Shown: one piece after another, positions 1 through 13,117 of the stretch | Layout: each line of letters begins with the position of its first letter | How positions within the stretch are numbered: the first letter of the stretch is position 1 | Assembly: GCA_976551045.1 (NCBI GenBank) | Contig: CDPCPM010000281.1 | Location: 10,974,001 to 11,038,000 of the forward strand | Reading direction: 5' to 3' | DNA: 64,000 nucleotides | Source of the DNA: Glaucostegus cemiculus | Lineage: Eukaryota | Program-made: the position numbers and the translations under genes | The notes under the pieces: model-generated | Database searches by the model: none | The model's input: only the letters and a program-made list of their open reading frames with translations | What the model was told of the DNA's origin: nothing

Positions 1-80
1 CAGGCAGATTGGCATTATGGTCAGCACAGACATTGTGGGCCAAAGGGCCTGTTCTTTTGCTGTGCTGTTCTATGTTTTAT
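1..80 (+). mobile_element. CR1/HER1-type LINE 3' tail
   Basis: ggtcagcacagacattgtgggccaaagggcctgttc...tgtgctgttctatgtt, the shared CR1/HE1 tail. Confidence 0.7.
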
Positions 81-1209
81 ACCAAAGGCAATTCTCAAAC
101 CTGCAACAAGTACATGTGAGTATCTTCTATCTACTTATTGTTCAGAGAGCAGGGACTGGAATGAGCTAGTGGGTTGGGTTACCAAGAGCTTATACTCTGG
201 GTGTTAAAGAATACTGAGTCGAGTTAGCAATAATAGTATATGCATTGGAATTGTGGAAATTGATTTGAACACAAAGTGCACTGAAGTCATCTTCAGGAGT
301 TCAGGATGATTTGTATCAGCAGGGACCCTTCATTCAAAGTTATTATCACTGGTCAAGACCCCTAGGAACAAAATGAGCAGCACCTTCAATGGTAACAATG
401 CAGGTGAACAGCAGTTTCTTGGCCACCTTCCTGTGTTTTAGTGCCTGCAGATATAACATTGTTACTGCTGCAATTGGAAAGTGTTGTCTGCTGTGCAAAT
501 GACTTGCATGATGAACAGTAATAAAATATTAACCTGGTGGGCACAAAAATCTGCATCCACAATCACGTTCAGGCATCAACGTTCACTGGTCTCAGCCAGC
601 AGTGCTAACAGAAACATTAAAAGACTTAGGCTGGGCATCCTGCTAGGCTGGAGCTAAACAAAAAATTCCCTCCAACAAAATTAACAGATTCTGAATTTTG
701 GTAAATGTATCCTTTTGATGGCTCTGCCATTAGACAAATTTCATTGAGAGCTTTTTCTCCCCCCAACCTCTCATACAAGGAGCTCATGGAGCTCTTCACC
801 TTCAACATCAAGCAACGTGTATTAGTACAAGCACAGCCCTAATCCAGTTACACAATATACGCTGCCAAAAACTATGCTTAAATACAACTAACTTAACACA
901 CATACAAAGTGATATTCAGTAACTACCAGCACCGTCTGGTGCCCAATGTCACCAGCACTAAGCAATCACTGATAATGTACATTTGAGGTTTACCATAGCC
1001 AATTGTATCCATTCAAAGGCACCAGCTGAAGATTAGATGTAGTAAGCTATGTAGTCAGTTACAAGAGCCATAAAACAAGTGCCATCTATTAGCAGGACTT
1101 AAAAAGTGTTTTGCTGTATGATCCAATATAAGCAACGTATTTTGATTTTAGTTGGATCAATGAAGATATAAAATTTCCCTACAGTAATTCAGGTGCAAAC
1201 AGTTAATAA

Positions 1210-1950
1210 GAATGTAAGAAAACAGGAGCAGGAGTAGGTCACTTGGCCCCACAAGACTGCCCCAGCATTCAAAATGAGCATGGATGATATGTCTCTCTGT
1301 GCCAGTTCCTCATACCCTTCAATTTCCTGATCTTTCAAAAATGTATCTGCTTCCTCTTTAAGTACCTCCCCCCCCACCAATAATCTCACCTCCACAAACC
1401 ACTGGGGCAGAGAAATCCAGAGATTCACCACTCTTTCCAGAAGAGATTCCTGTGCACCTCCGTTGTACATGAGCACCCCCTAATTTTATAACCATGCTCC
1501 CTCATTCAAGACTCCCCCACTTGAGGAGACATCTTGACATCTACCCTGTCACGTCCTCTCATGTGTTCCAATAAGATCACCTTCATTCTTCCAAATTTCA
1601 AAGAATATAGATTTAATCTGTTTAGCCAGTCGTGATGAGACAAACCTCTCATCCCAGGAATAAGCCAAGTGAACCTCTTTTGGACTGCCTCCAATGCCTG
1701 TGTATGCTTTCTAAAATAAGTGGATCAAAACTGTGTACAATTCTCCAAAGGGGCCACACCAGTACCTTGCACCACTGTAAATGCCAACCCTCTTGCATCA
1801 CTTCTAAATGTCAACCCTTTTGCAACAAAGCCCAACATGCCACTTCTCTTCCTAAACACTTGCTGCACCTGCCTGCTAGTTTTTTGTGGTTCATTCACAA
1901 GAATACCTAGATCCCTCTGCACCTTGTTCATCCGCGGTGTTTCTCCATTT
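1210..1950 (-). mobile_element. CR1 LINE ORF2 C-terminus and 3' end, decayed
   Basis: Translations EAVQKRFTWLIPGMRGLS..RLNRLNLYSL, VQRDLGILV and RVVNLWISLPQ are typical of CR1 ORF2. Confidence 0.85.
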
Positions 1951-2122
1951 AGATCATAGATAGCTGCTGCTGCTTCAGGCTACTTCAACATTGCAAGTAG
2001 TATTTTTTTATGCAGAGTAGGCTGGAAATTTTCAAACTTGAAAGCAGAAAACTGGACTTCAAAAAAAAATAGTGCCAAGGCATTAGTCAACTACAGCATT
2101 ACAAGATGCTGGGCAAAATCGT

Positions 2123-2373
2123 GGGCAGCATGATAGCGTAGCGGTTAGCGCAACGCTGTTACAGCGCCAGCGATCGGGGTTCAATTCCTGTCGCTGACTG
2201 TAAGGAGTTTGTACGTTCTCCCGTGTCTGCGTGGGTTTCCTCCGGGTGCTCCGGTTTCCTCCCACAGTCTAAAAGACGTACGGGTAGGTTAATTTGGGGG
2301 TTTAAAATGGGCGGCGCGGACTCGTTGGGCCGAAAGGGCCTGTTACCACGCTGTAAATAAATTTAATTTAAAA
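2123..2373 (+). mobile_element. Young tRNA-derived SINE (V-domain/HE1-like core, CR1-type tail)
   Basis: A box (tagcgtagcgg), B box (ggttcaattcc), core gtgggtttcctccgggtgctccggtttcctcccaca, tail gggccgaaagggcctgtt, and retained CpGs. Confidence 0.9.
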
Positions 2374-3739
2374 ATATAAACTTTGGTCAATATAAAATCC
2401 CCAGAAGATGCTGTTCTGCCAGACTCAACATGACATGGCACAGCAAAGGAAGAAAATATGTTCAAGGCCCAATGCCCTTCATCTCCTACTCCACCTGTCA
2501 ATGTAGAATACATCAAGCAGAAAATCATATCATTGCAACAGCTATAATAACAGCATCTTTTAATCACATTACACACAGCCATCTAAGCATGGGACATGGC
2601 ACATCCAGGAACACATGGATGAAAGAAAATCATGACAACATTACACTGGCTGCAGCCACAGTGCATCAACAGTGTTAACTATTGTGTGCTCTACATTCCC
2701 AGTAAAGCTAATAAAGATTAGCTCACCCATTGAACACCTACAGAACATACCCCACCCAAAACTCACTCATTATACAACCCAGGGCATCACAAATAAATGA
2801 TGCCGTATATTTAGAGAGAATATGTAGCATTGTTCTGTATATAAAGTACAATATTCTGAGATCTACGAAGCTTTCTGCTTCTCTCCCTATCCTTATACGT
2901 TCCCTGAAACTACTGCTTTGGCCAAAGTTTTGTTCACCTATCCATGTATCCATGCTTGGTTTGGTGTCAGACTTTTCCTTGACCACACTACTCTAAAGGA
3001 TTTTGGCATGGGACTTGCCACATCAAAAGCACTGTGTAAGTGCAGTCTGGTGTTGTGTTGAAATGAGAGTGCAATGGACTTGCTCATGTTCTTGACAGAG
3101 CTTCCAATTTGAAGTTGGCCACATCAAGGCCTCAAAAAGCAACAATCTTCTTTGCAGTGAAGTACAGGGATCTGTACGTGCGTGCACATGCATGTGCAAT
3201 GGGGGAGGATGAGTGGGTAGAGAGACATTGTAAACTGCTCTCGACTAGTCCAGCTAGCTGTAAAGACTCCTCATTTATTGTGAGTAGGTGCACATCATGA
3301 ATTTCACATTTCAAACCACTTAACTAGTTTCAAACATTTAAGTTGCATGGTTTAAATTAAAATAGATTCAAACAGTTAGGGTTTTTCTTTCCTTACAGAC
3401 ATATATTATAGCCAGTGAGAGAAAGAAAAGCTTATTATATAAGTTAGTAAGCTAGGTATTGCAGCAGTATTTACTGAATAATCAGGTGAAATAATTAGCT
3501 TGCTTGTTTTGGGGTTTTAACAAAAACTTGCATCTTACCATTATGGTTAGGATGATCCTTCAATTTGAGGCCATCATAAGAAGCTTGCAGAGAATCTGCT
3601 CTGATTTAGAGCTGGAGGGCGGCCAATGTTATCGATGGAACAGTAACAGTGCACCTTTGAACGCGGATGAGTTGACATCCTGCAATTTTTACTGGCCAAG
3701 GTATAGAAAACAGAAGCTGGAAAGTTACGCTAGAATTAT

Positions 3740-4180
3740 ATAAATACCATTTTGGTCAAAGCTAGAAAACTGCACATAATTCTTGTCAACTCGTTACAAG
3801 AAGAACATGATAGCGTAATATAGGGTACAAAGGAGATTAACAAAGAAATTACCTAGACCGAGAAACTTTTATGTTATGAGGCGGGACAGGCTAGACTGGT
3901 ACGGTTTCCTTGAAGGAGATGTACAAAATTATGAAAGGTCAATAAGTCAACAACACAGGTAGGACTGGAGGGGAAATGGATTGAGGATATTTTTACTCAG
4001 AAAATGGTGGTGGTTTGGAAATTGCCATCTCAGGTGGTCCTGGAGGCAGAAGCACCCAGCATATTTTTAAAAAAATGACATGTTATAATCTACAAGGGCA
4101 CAGCATTAAGTGGGATTAGCCTGGATAGCTCTTTCTCCTTTCCCAGCATAGACATGATGAGCCATATGCTTCTGTGCTGT
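3740..4180 (+). mobile_element. CR1 LINE 3' fragment, old
   Basis: Degenerate CR1 ORF2 end and tail (ctggatagctctttc...gagccatatgcttctgtgctgt). Confidence 0.6.
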
Positions 4181-4469
4181 GATCTTGAGTGATACTCTCC
4201 CCACACCCTCACTTCTGTGGTCAAAAGTAAAACAAGAGAAAAAATGTTCAATGTCAAAGGAACAAGAGAAAAACACACAGGAATTATTGACCAGTTACCC
4301 CAGTAACTGTTACATCTGTTGCTGGCACAATGCTGGAATTTATCACGAAGAATGTTATTATCATTAGTAGAGTACATATTAACAGAGGCAAAATCAACAT
4401 GCTGTTACATAGGGAAGATAATGTTTGGGGAATGCAAGGTTTTTTTTTAATGCAATTATCAGGCCACTG

Positions 4470-4727
4470 TGGCTGCATGGGTTTCCTCTGGGTGCTCCGG
4501 TTCCCTCCCACAACCCAAAAAGGTTAGTAGGTTAACTGGCCACTGTAAATTGCCCCTAGATTGTAGGTGAGTGGTAGAATCTGCGGGAAGTTGATGAGAA
4601 TGTGGGGATATTTAAAAAATTGAGATTAATGTAGGATTAGTGTGGGTGGGTGGTTGATGGTCAGCAGGGGCACAGTGAGGCAAAGGGTCTGTTTCTGTGC
4701 CATATGTCTCCGATTCTATGATTCTAT
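4470..4727 (+). mobile_element. HE1-like SINE, 5'-truncated
   Basis: gggtttcctctgggtgctccgg...ggttaactggccactgtaaattgcccct...ctatg tail. Confidence 0.8.
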
Positions 4728-4739
4728 ATCTGAACTTTT

Positions 4740-5850
4740 AAAAGGCATAAGACAGCACAGAGAGAGGTTGGCACACAAAATAAAGATTCATTGAGTTGGG
4801 GCGATATTTTTGCATGGATAGATTTGGATAAAAGACAGTAAACAGAGAAGGTTGCCAGACTATTACCAATGGAGCGCCACAGGAATTAGTGCTGGGCCCT
4901 CAGCTATGCACAATTTATATTAATGAATTATTAATTAATGACTATTTATATTACATACAGAAAATTTGTTGGCAATGCAAGCTTGTCAAGAAAGTCCACT
5001 GTAAGGAGGACATTGAATCTGCAGAGGTTTATGGACAGGTTAAGTAAGCAGGTAAAAAGATAGAGTGTTTGGAGGGCAAGTGTGAGATTACTTTGATTGA
5101 TAGGAGAGATAGGAGAATATATTTAAATGGTGATAAAGCAGTAAATGCTGGTGGAAAGACTGAGCACAATGTATTGACTCAGCAATACAGAACGTAAATA
5201 TTCAAGCACATAAGCAATCAGGAATGCAAATGGCACATTGGACTTTATTGCAAGGGATGGGAGTAAATAATAAAGAAACCTTCTAAGATTGTACATTGTT
5301 TTGATGATACCTCATCTGGAGTAGCATGTCCAGTTTTAGTCTGTTTCTAAAGGACATACTTGCCTTGAAGTTAATAAAGTGTGGAGTCACTAGATTGTTT
5401 TCTGGAAGGGGAGTGTCCTACAAAGATGTACTGAATAAGACTGATTTCTACTCACTACAGTTTAGAGGAATGAAAGGTGATCTTAGAGATGTTCAAGATT
5501 TTGATTGGGATTGGTGGGGTCGATGCTGAGAGGTAGTTCCTACTGCAGGAGAATCTAAACCAAAGAGGCATAGTCTCTGAACAAGAGCCTGGCCTTTCAT
5601 GACTGAGATAATATAAATTTCTTTGTTAATTCCTTTGAAAATCTTGGTAACTCTCTCTCAAGAAGAATGTATCTGCTGCCATTAATTAGATTTAAGGTTG
5701 AGACAGGCAGATATTTTAGGCACCATGGGAATCAGTAGATATAGGGATCAGATGGAAAAGTGGAGGAGATTCAGGATCCACAACAACCTCATTGATAGTG
5801 GAGCAGCTTCAAGAGACCAAATGACCTCTCCTACCTTTATTCCTTATGTT
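4740..5850 (+). mobile_element. CR1 LINE RT/3' fragment, decayed
   Basis: ggagcgccacaggaattagtgctgggccct (GVPQGSVLGP-like), then FYSLQFRGMKGDL and the CR1 tail. Confidence 0.8.
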
Positions 5851-6699
5851 CTCAAATTCTTTTTGGAAATGAGTGCTGAGGTAAAGAAAAGTATACCATC
5901 ACAATGTGTTTAAAGACAAATGTTAACTGACCAAGCTTGTGTAATCTTTGGACCACTTCAAGGCTAAAATGGACCATAAAGGAAATTATTTAGCCCAATA
6001 GTATTGACAGTTGATTTGTTACTAATTAAAACATAATTACATTGAATTTACAGGCCATTTGGTGATAATTTTGATCCACACAAACCACATTCAACTCAGA
6101 TTACTTAATCTCCATTATCAAGTAATCCTTTCTAATTCTTATTCTCTCTAGCATTTACCTATCTTCCAGTTAAACATTTGCATGCTATTCATTTTAGTTA
6201 CTCAAACTGGTATTTAACATTACGCTGTCATTATCTGCTGAATGAATTCAGAATGATAAGGGGTCTGAAGCTAACTGAAGTGATTGAACTTTGATTATAA
6301 TAGTCTTATTGAATATTCATTTAGCATCCATTAAATAAAGCAACTAAAATTCTAAAATAATTTATGTCCATCTACGGAAAGACTAGACAACCAAAACTGA
6401 AAGAATGATGGACAGTCATGATATCCAATTTGAATCATAAGGCGATAGGTCGAGCATATATAGGTACATCTTTGTGAACAATGGTTGTCTCTTGAGCCCG
6501 TTCCACTATTAAATAGGATAATGGCCAACCTGTAGCCAACCTCCTTGTGCCCACTTTTACCTGACATCCCTCAATAACTTGCTTAACAGAGGTCTAATAA
6601 TCTCAGATTTAAAATCAGCAGTTGAGCCAATATCAACTAGTTTCAGTGAAAAAAGGCAAAGGAGTGTTTCATAACTTCACATCTGATCATTTGATGCTA

Positions 6700-7340
6700 T
6701 ATCTCAGATCTCTAGAAATACCTTCTCTACTGTTACATCTCTGGGTTGCAGTACATATGCCTAGACGTAGAGAGAGTATAGATACAATCCTGGATATTGG
6801 TTACAGGATGAGGGGACTATGCAAAGTAGTGATCAACACCAATGAAGTCCAGAATGTTTTCAAATTTTTAAACATAAATTTTCTACAGTTACAGATAGAA
6901 TCCACAGTAAAACAGCATTGCTTCTAGTCCACTATCTGGAAAATGAATTTCACTATACTGACAAGGTCAGAAGCATAATTAGAGGGATTCACACATGGAA
7001 TTGCAGGAAAATAGGCTTGGATCTCAGATTCAACAATGAATCTAAGAACTTAGAGGTGGTGTGGTGATTCAATGGGTCACACTGGTCAAGAATGAGTTTC
7101 ATTGAGTTGGGTACCCATGCTAGGGAATCACTTAGAACAGGAAAAAAAATCAAAAGGATTCTCATTTAAGGGAATGAGTTCAAAGGAACATGGGATGGAA
7201 ATAGATAAAATGTGTTAGGAGAGAGCAGGAGGTATACACGACAAACACTAGATAAAAATGTGGTTTCAGAAGTAGGATAGGGGGACTTTGATTTGATGGA
7301 CAGCAGGGAGAGCCAGTGGAAGCAGCAATATGGATGCCTT
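6700..7340 (+). mobile_element. CR1 ORF1 (SGNH-esterase region) remnant, very old
   Basis: Nucleotide resemblance to the ORF1 copy at 31270-31960 (for example gttgggtacccatg where GTND would lie). Confidence 0.45.
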
Positions 7341-7360
7341 CAACCTTTGAGGCTCATAAA

Positions 7361-7903
7361 TGGTGGCACTGTGGCATAGCCAGTAGAGCTGCTGTCTCAA
7401 GGCTCCAATGACCCAGTTCAATCCTGACCAATGATGCTGTCCTTATGGAGTCTGCATGCTCTCCTCATGGGTTTCTTCTCCAGTTTCCTTTCACATCCCA
7501 AGGACAGCTTAAAATTGGCATCCATGAGGTGTGGAACTTCAGCTGCACTTTGTTGTTCTTGATGTCCAACAACATGCTCGTCCATCACCAGAGAGCTGAC
7601 TGGAATATTATCCATGAATCAATGATATACAGTTGATTTCCAGTGGCAACATCAGATATTTCTTGTGATAAGGCACCAAGGAATATGATATTGAGCTAAC
7701 TGCATGCTAAACTCAAAAGGCTATGATAGAGTTAATTTCTCAACTAAAGATAAAGATTGGTAGGTTAATTGGCCACTGAATTGCCCCTGGTGTGCAAGTG
7801 AGTGGTAGAGTATGGAGGGAGTTGATAGGATAGTGGGCAGAATAAAATGAGATTAGTAGAAATGGGAATAGCCAAAGGAACTGTTTCTATGTTGCATCAC
7901 TCC
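7361..7903 (+). mobile_element. HE1-like SINE interrupted by a ~250-bp insertion
   Basis: SINE head and core to cacatcccaaggac (~7505), resuming at ttggtaggttaattggccac (~7757). Confidence 0.8.
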
Positions 7904-8369
7904 AAGTTGCTTACACACTTCGACAACGAGGATTGAGAAAAGAAGCCAGTGGTTATCTTTGCTCTTCAGGGTATTGGAATTGGCAGAGAAAAGGGTCTGG
8001 AACCTGAAACGTTAACCATGCTTTTCTCTCTCCACAAATGCTGCCTGACCTGCTGACTATCACCAATGTTTTCTGTCCTTGGGTCAGAACAAAGAAATGG
8101 CTCAGCCAGATCTAACCATGGGTGGCAGCTGCAATTAGTTCATCAATTAAATCATTACCAGCAACATAATATAAACACCCCCACACAAATAGCAGTTGGG
8201 TGGCCTCGACCCTGTTGAACCTATCATTGACTCTGGACTTTGTGAAGTCTAATGGTCTTAGGACAAACAAGAGTAAAAGTAAACCTCTGATCCATCACTG
8301 ATCTTTGAACATCACTTGGGGGGAAAGATATAGAGTATCAACTAATATGACTGAATTAGTCATAACACT

Positions 8370-9400
8370 ATGATCAAGCTGGCAAAATTCTGAAGGATAA
8401 AGCTAGTAGGCTGTGCAAGCATTGCATGGTGAAGATATGCATAATTTTGCTGTGGACAAACTGCGCACATCCATTGCAAAGACAACACTTCAGAGAGAGG
8501 ATAGCATTTGTCATGAAGTGTAGCATTATCATGTGCTAAGAAAGTTAAACTAGGGGCTGGTTTAACAGCTTGAAATTGGCATCCAGTAGGTGGTGGAACT
8601 TTGGCAGCACTTTGTAGTCTTTAGGTCTAACAACATGTTCATCCATCACCAGAGAGCTGACTGGAATGCTATCCATGACTCAATGATATACAGTCGATTT
8701 CCATTGGCAACATCAAATATTCCTTGTGATAAGGCACTAAGGAATATAGTACTGAGTAAACTGCATTCTAAACTCAAAAAGCTATAATAAACAATCTCCC
8801 AACCAAATTTAAGTTGGGTAAGCCCAATATTGCAATGGTACAAAGCTCTCATCATAAAGTAAGACGGGTAAATCTCTGTTGCGCTCCTGTATCACAACTT
8901 GAATGTTGGTAACTGGAAGCTGAACCTCCATGAGTAACTTTGTCTTCAAGTCTGGTGGAGTCCCATCCCGAGTTCTAACAACAAAACAGAAGCATCTGAA
9001 AATTCCCAAAGTATCAGTGAATAACTCACTCTGGTCCTTCCTAAAGCTCTCACTTTCATGGAATTGAGAGCTCAAATAATTGAGTTCACTCCAGGGATTA
9101 CAAAGTGACAGTTCAACACAGACCAATGTGAAAATTACCCAGATTTGCCCTATTCACAAAATTTAGGTCAATGATTTCCACCTGCAGCACCAGCATTTTT
9201 ATTTTAACATTAGGCTTGACTAATTGGTAAAACCAAAACCACTTGCCTTCAGATCTCACTTCTGTGCTCGATTCAGTTGCGTATCTGATAAAAAGTATGA
9301 TTAGCCACTCTTGCCATAAAGGCAAAACTTTATCAATTATAACATAAAAGAGTTGCAGCAAAATCAAGGTTAAAAGGGTTCTTCAACTCTAACAACATCC
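8370..9400 (-). mobile_element. Gypsy/Ty3 LTR-retrotransposon pol remnant (RT region)
   Basis: Frameshifted motifs in the expected order: ELFTDTLG, PPDLKTKL, ECSLLST, STVYH*VMDS..VMDEHVV (degenerate YxDD region), HLLDANFKL, FLS..LHDKCYPLSEVL. Confidence 0.6.
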
Positions 9401-9479
9401 AGGTTTGAGATAACTAATTTCAAGTAATGGTCATACCAAGTCAGGTATTAAATAATGACCATACTTAACAGCCAAATGC

Positions 9480-10180
9480 TCAAACATCTTCCTATTATTC
9501 AATGGCACCAATATTACTTACCTCAAACTCAATACTTTGGCAGATACTATTCAGTAGAAGTCCAAGTGAATCAGCCATATCAACAATGTTGGTGGAAACA
9601 TGAGAGATAAGGGATGAAGCTTTGAAAGACATGCCAATTTCGCTCCAACATCTACAAGTTTATAGCCTGCGGTATCAGCTGCGACACTGAAGCAACTCAA
9701 CACAATTCAGGTCAGAACAAGCTACACTTCTGCCAGTAGATTCAATATTCAACCCTGTATCACCAACAGACCATATCTCCACTGTTTGTAATATGTGATG
9801 TTGCAACTAACCAAGCCCTTTTGGGCAGCACCTCCCAGCCCTGTAATCTTTAACGAAGTGAAGTAAGAGTACCAAGATGTCAGGAATACCATCTATCATT
9901 TGAACGTTGTACTCCATAAGTCACACCCTATCCTGACTGGGGTACAGCGTCATTGAAAAATGGACATCTTTCCTTAACAGACACACACACAAAATACTGG
10001 TATTGCTCCAGATTTCCAGCATCTGCAGTCTCTCTTGTGTCTTCATCTTTCCTTAACATAACATTCCTAACATAAGCAGAAGCAGCTCAAGACACAGTGC
10101 CATCAGCATGTCAGTAAGGCAACCAGGAATGGTCAGTTCAAAGAAACTGGAAAATATCACTCACATCTAGGATAAGTAGT
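9480..10180 (+). mobile_element. Old CR1-clade LINE 3' fragment
   Basis: Same family as 19240-19780, 55200-55610 and 63330-63640; shares the caagtcacaccatcctgacttgg-like and ggcaa...ggg tail motifs. Confidence 0.55.
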
Positions 10181-13117
10181 TAACGCTAAACTTTCCTTTG
10201 TGTGCATTAATCCTGAGCTACAATCCTACATTTCATGCACTTCAGTTCTGATATTTCCTGTCACATAAACTGGAGCCAAAAACAGTCTGTCTGCTGCCAG
10301 AACTTCTGCCCCATGACATCAGTGATAGCTGCACACCCACCCACCATACAATATGACTAAGTTAACGGTAGTGGGAAGGAACCCCATCCACCCCCAGTGT
10401 GGGAGGTGCCCACACCATGCATTTATAATTGTGCAGGCAGCTTGGCGTTATCCTGGAGTTCTGGAATCACTCAGGGTTTCTAAATTACACTTTGCTTATG
10501 ATGGAGCCAAGTAATTTCTGGTGAAGAAGTTTTATCGAAAATGTTCATCACTGCAGTGGAGACCTGCACAAGAATTAAGACAACTGGCATCAACGTAACT
10601 AGCATCAGGAAGTATTTGGTTTTAACATCCACACAATGGTATTTCAATACACGAACAACTTTAGCTTACAGACACCTCATTAACTGGATGTTGCAGAAGG
10701 GAAGGTGCTCTCACAGACTACAGGTTTCAAACGCTGTGCAGAAAATATGAATGAAGTAAGGCGGCTGACTGCCCTACCCCCACTCTCCTGCCGCATTCTC
10801 CATTCACACCAGTCATCCGATCCCCATACGTGTTGTTAACCACGCTCCCCTTGTGTGCAGCTTGTGCTCTCACACTGCAGGAGAGCCAGGACTGCAGCAG
10901 CTGCCCTGCTTTGTTCTTACAGCTGAACACCACAGCTTTTCAGCTCACTCACAGCGACTGCAGTCTATCAGCAGGTGGTGATTACAACACATCCTCTTTA
11001 TCCTTCCCATCCGAGAAATATTTGTGCAGGAGATAATGACATCTCACCAACCGTAAATAAAACTTAAGGTTTTTGTGCCTGAATCAGCTTCACTGCAGCA
11101 AACTGCAAAAGTTCTTTCTTTACTTGGCTGCCTTTACCAACCCATGCACAGGGATGCAATATAGAAAAGAATGTTATTTTATTTTCAGAGCTGCAGACCA
11201 GACAGCAAAGAGTCATTAAGCCGTACAGCACAAAAGCAGGCTCTTCAGCCAACCACAGGTCCAGCTTTAGCTTTCCAGTCATGCAATGCTTCATCATTAT
11301 GTTGGCAAACTAATTGGCCCCAACATGAAGAGCCAGTCAATCAGCGTAGGTGAATCAACAGACACAAAGCAGAAGACGCAAGCATGCAGGCCGTCACCAT
11401 CAGATGTCGGACACGTGAAATAACCAGCCAGCAAGCCTTGATACCTCCCGTTTATTTACATCAACTAAATGTTCCTAGAGGGCTCACTTCATTCTCTCAA
11501 CGCCTTCATGCTCCTCAGAGGATGTGTTGTAATGGGTGGTGGGGTGGGGAGAGTGGGGGTAATGCTTCAGGTGGTCAACACACTCTGGCTGCACACCTAG
11601 AGTTGTTGCTGAGACAACATAATATGTTCTTGCTCACAGCAGGCTGCACTCATCGCAACCATGAATCACATGGCCCCGCCCCAAAGCTACCTAGTACCAT
11701 CTTAAACAAAGATCCGAGTCCTTTTTGATTCTTTTAAATGTAAGGCAATGCTGATAACATTTTGCCTAGAATGCACAGGCAGACTTATTAAACTAAATAA
11801 AGGTGACCAACAGGCATTAGGTTCTCATGGGTCTGTGGCTGGACGTGGTACATGAAACTAAATACACCCTCTACCACGTTCCCAGAAACACAAACAATTC
11901 CACAACTTGTATTGAAATGAATGCATAAACAATTGAAAATTAGAACTTGTGTCCCAAATATTAAAGTGTTGTTACCCATATATTTCTCAGAATGTTCAGG
12001 GACAGGCGATCCTGGGAAATTTTGAATTTTAATGTTAAAGAGACTTTAGATAATTACATGTTTGGCATCACATGTTACAATAGATTAAAGCAATAGATGG
12101 ATTTTAGATTCTCAACCAAAAGAAACACATGATCCTTCACTCACACCCTCCTCTCCACCATTACAGATTGCAAAGGCAGTCGACCCACTCTGGATGCACT
12201 ACATTCTATACTAACCATTTTACTGAAGATTGCTATTTCTGACAGGCACTCCTCTCCTTTCCAAAATAATTAAGCTGTCAGTCAACTTTAAAATTCCTCC
12301 TCCTCCCCCTGAAAAGTTGCTCTCTTCTTCTTGTTGAAGTCATGCTCCCAGCTTCTGCTGCCTTCACTGCCATTACTTCCCCCATTCTTCTCCCAGTATT
12401 CCCTCTTTCACAAGCAATCCCTCTCCCTTCCTACACTTACAGTTCTCCATTCAAATAGATCCACCCTCCCCTTGATAAGCAGTCTGCCTCTCACTCCATC
12501 CCATGGCATTCATTTACTTCTGCCTGTGACTCCAGATCATGTGTTATTACACACATGGTTACTATGAGAATTCCTAACTGTAGTGCACAGCAATTAGGTG
12601 TTTAGACGTAGTGGACAATGTAAAGAGAAAAGAAACTTGCCCAGTACATTAGCGACTGTACTGGGGGCATAGGAAACCTGCTTATGCTGCTTTGTGATAG
12701 CAAATAATTAAATGTATCACCATAACATCAGAACAAGATCAGAGTTTTTGCTTCGATGCTACCAGTCAAGTTAATTTTAAGCGTATGACTGCAGTTAATC
12801 ATTTTGTGGCATCTCTTGCTTTGGACCTTGTTAAAGTCGTAAATCAAGTTAATTAGCCTGACGAAGCTCTAAACCTAAAAGAACAGCCAGTATTGGAAAG
12901 TCAGGTTACACAGTGGGACGCTTTACCCGAGGGTCCATCCCCACTCAGGGAGATCACTCTTAAGACCCAAGGGTTCATCCCTAACTGGCAAGGTCACTCG
13001 GTGACCAAACACCCAACCTTCGTGATCGTACAACCCAATTCAGTGGAGCCAATCTCAGAGAAGCGCACAAAGCATCCTCAAAGATCTAGTTAGAATTTCT
13101 GGAAGACAAATTCTTAC

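Noticed and set aside
2123-2195. tRNA-like sequence with A and B boxes
   Set aside because: It is a SINE head continuing into core and tail, not a tRNA gene. The same applies to ~16946 and ~52651.
3173-3198. Alternating purine-pyrimidine run containing the palindrome tgcacatgcatgtgca
   Set aside because: Short low-complexity tract far from any exon; nothing supports a function.
12640-12665. Perfect 9-bp hairpin cccagtaca/tgtactggg
   Set aside because: Too short for a pre-miRNA and plausible by chance in 64 kb.
1-13117. stx1a exon 4 (KTKEELEELM..KKTANKVRSKLK)
   Set aside because: No matching segment found by eye; it probably lies left of the window, though a miss is possible.
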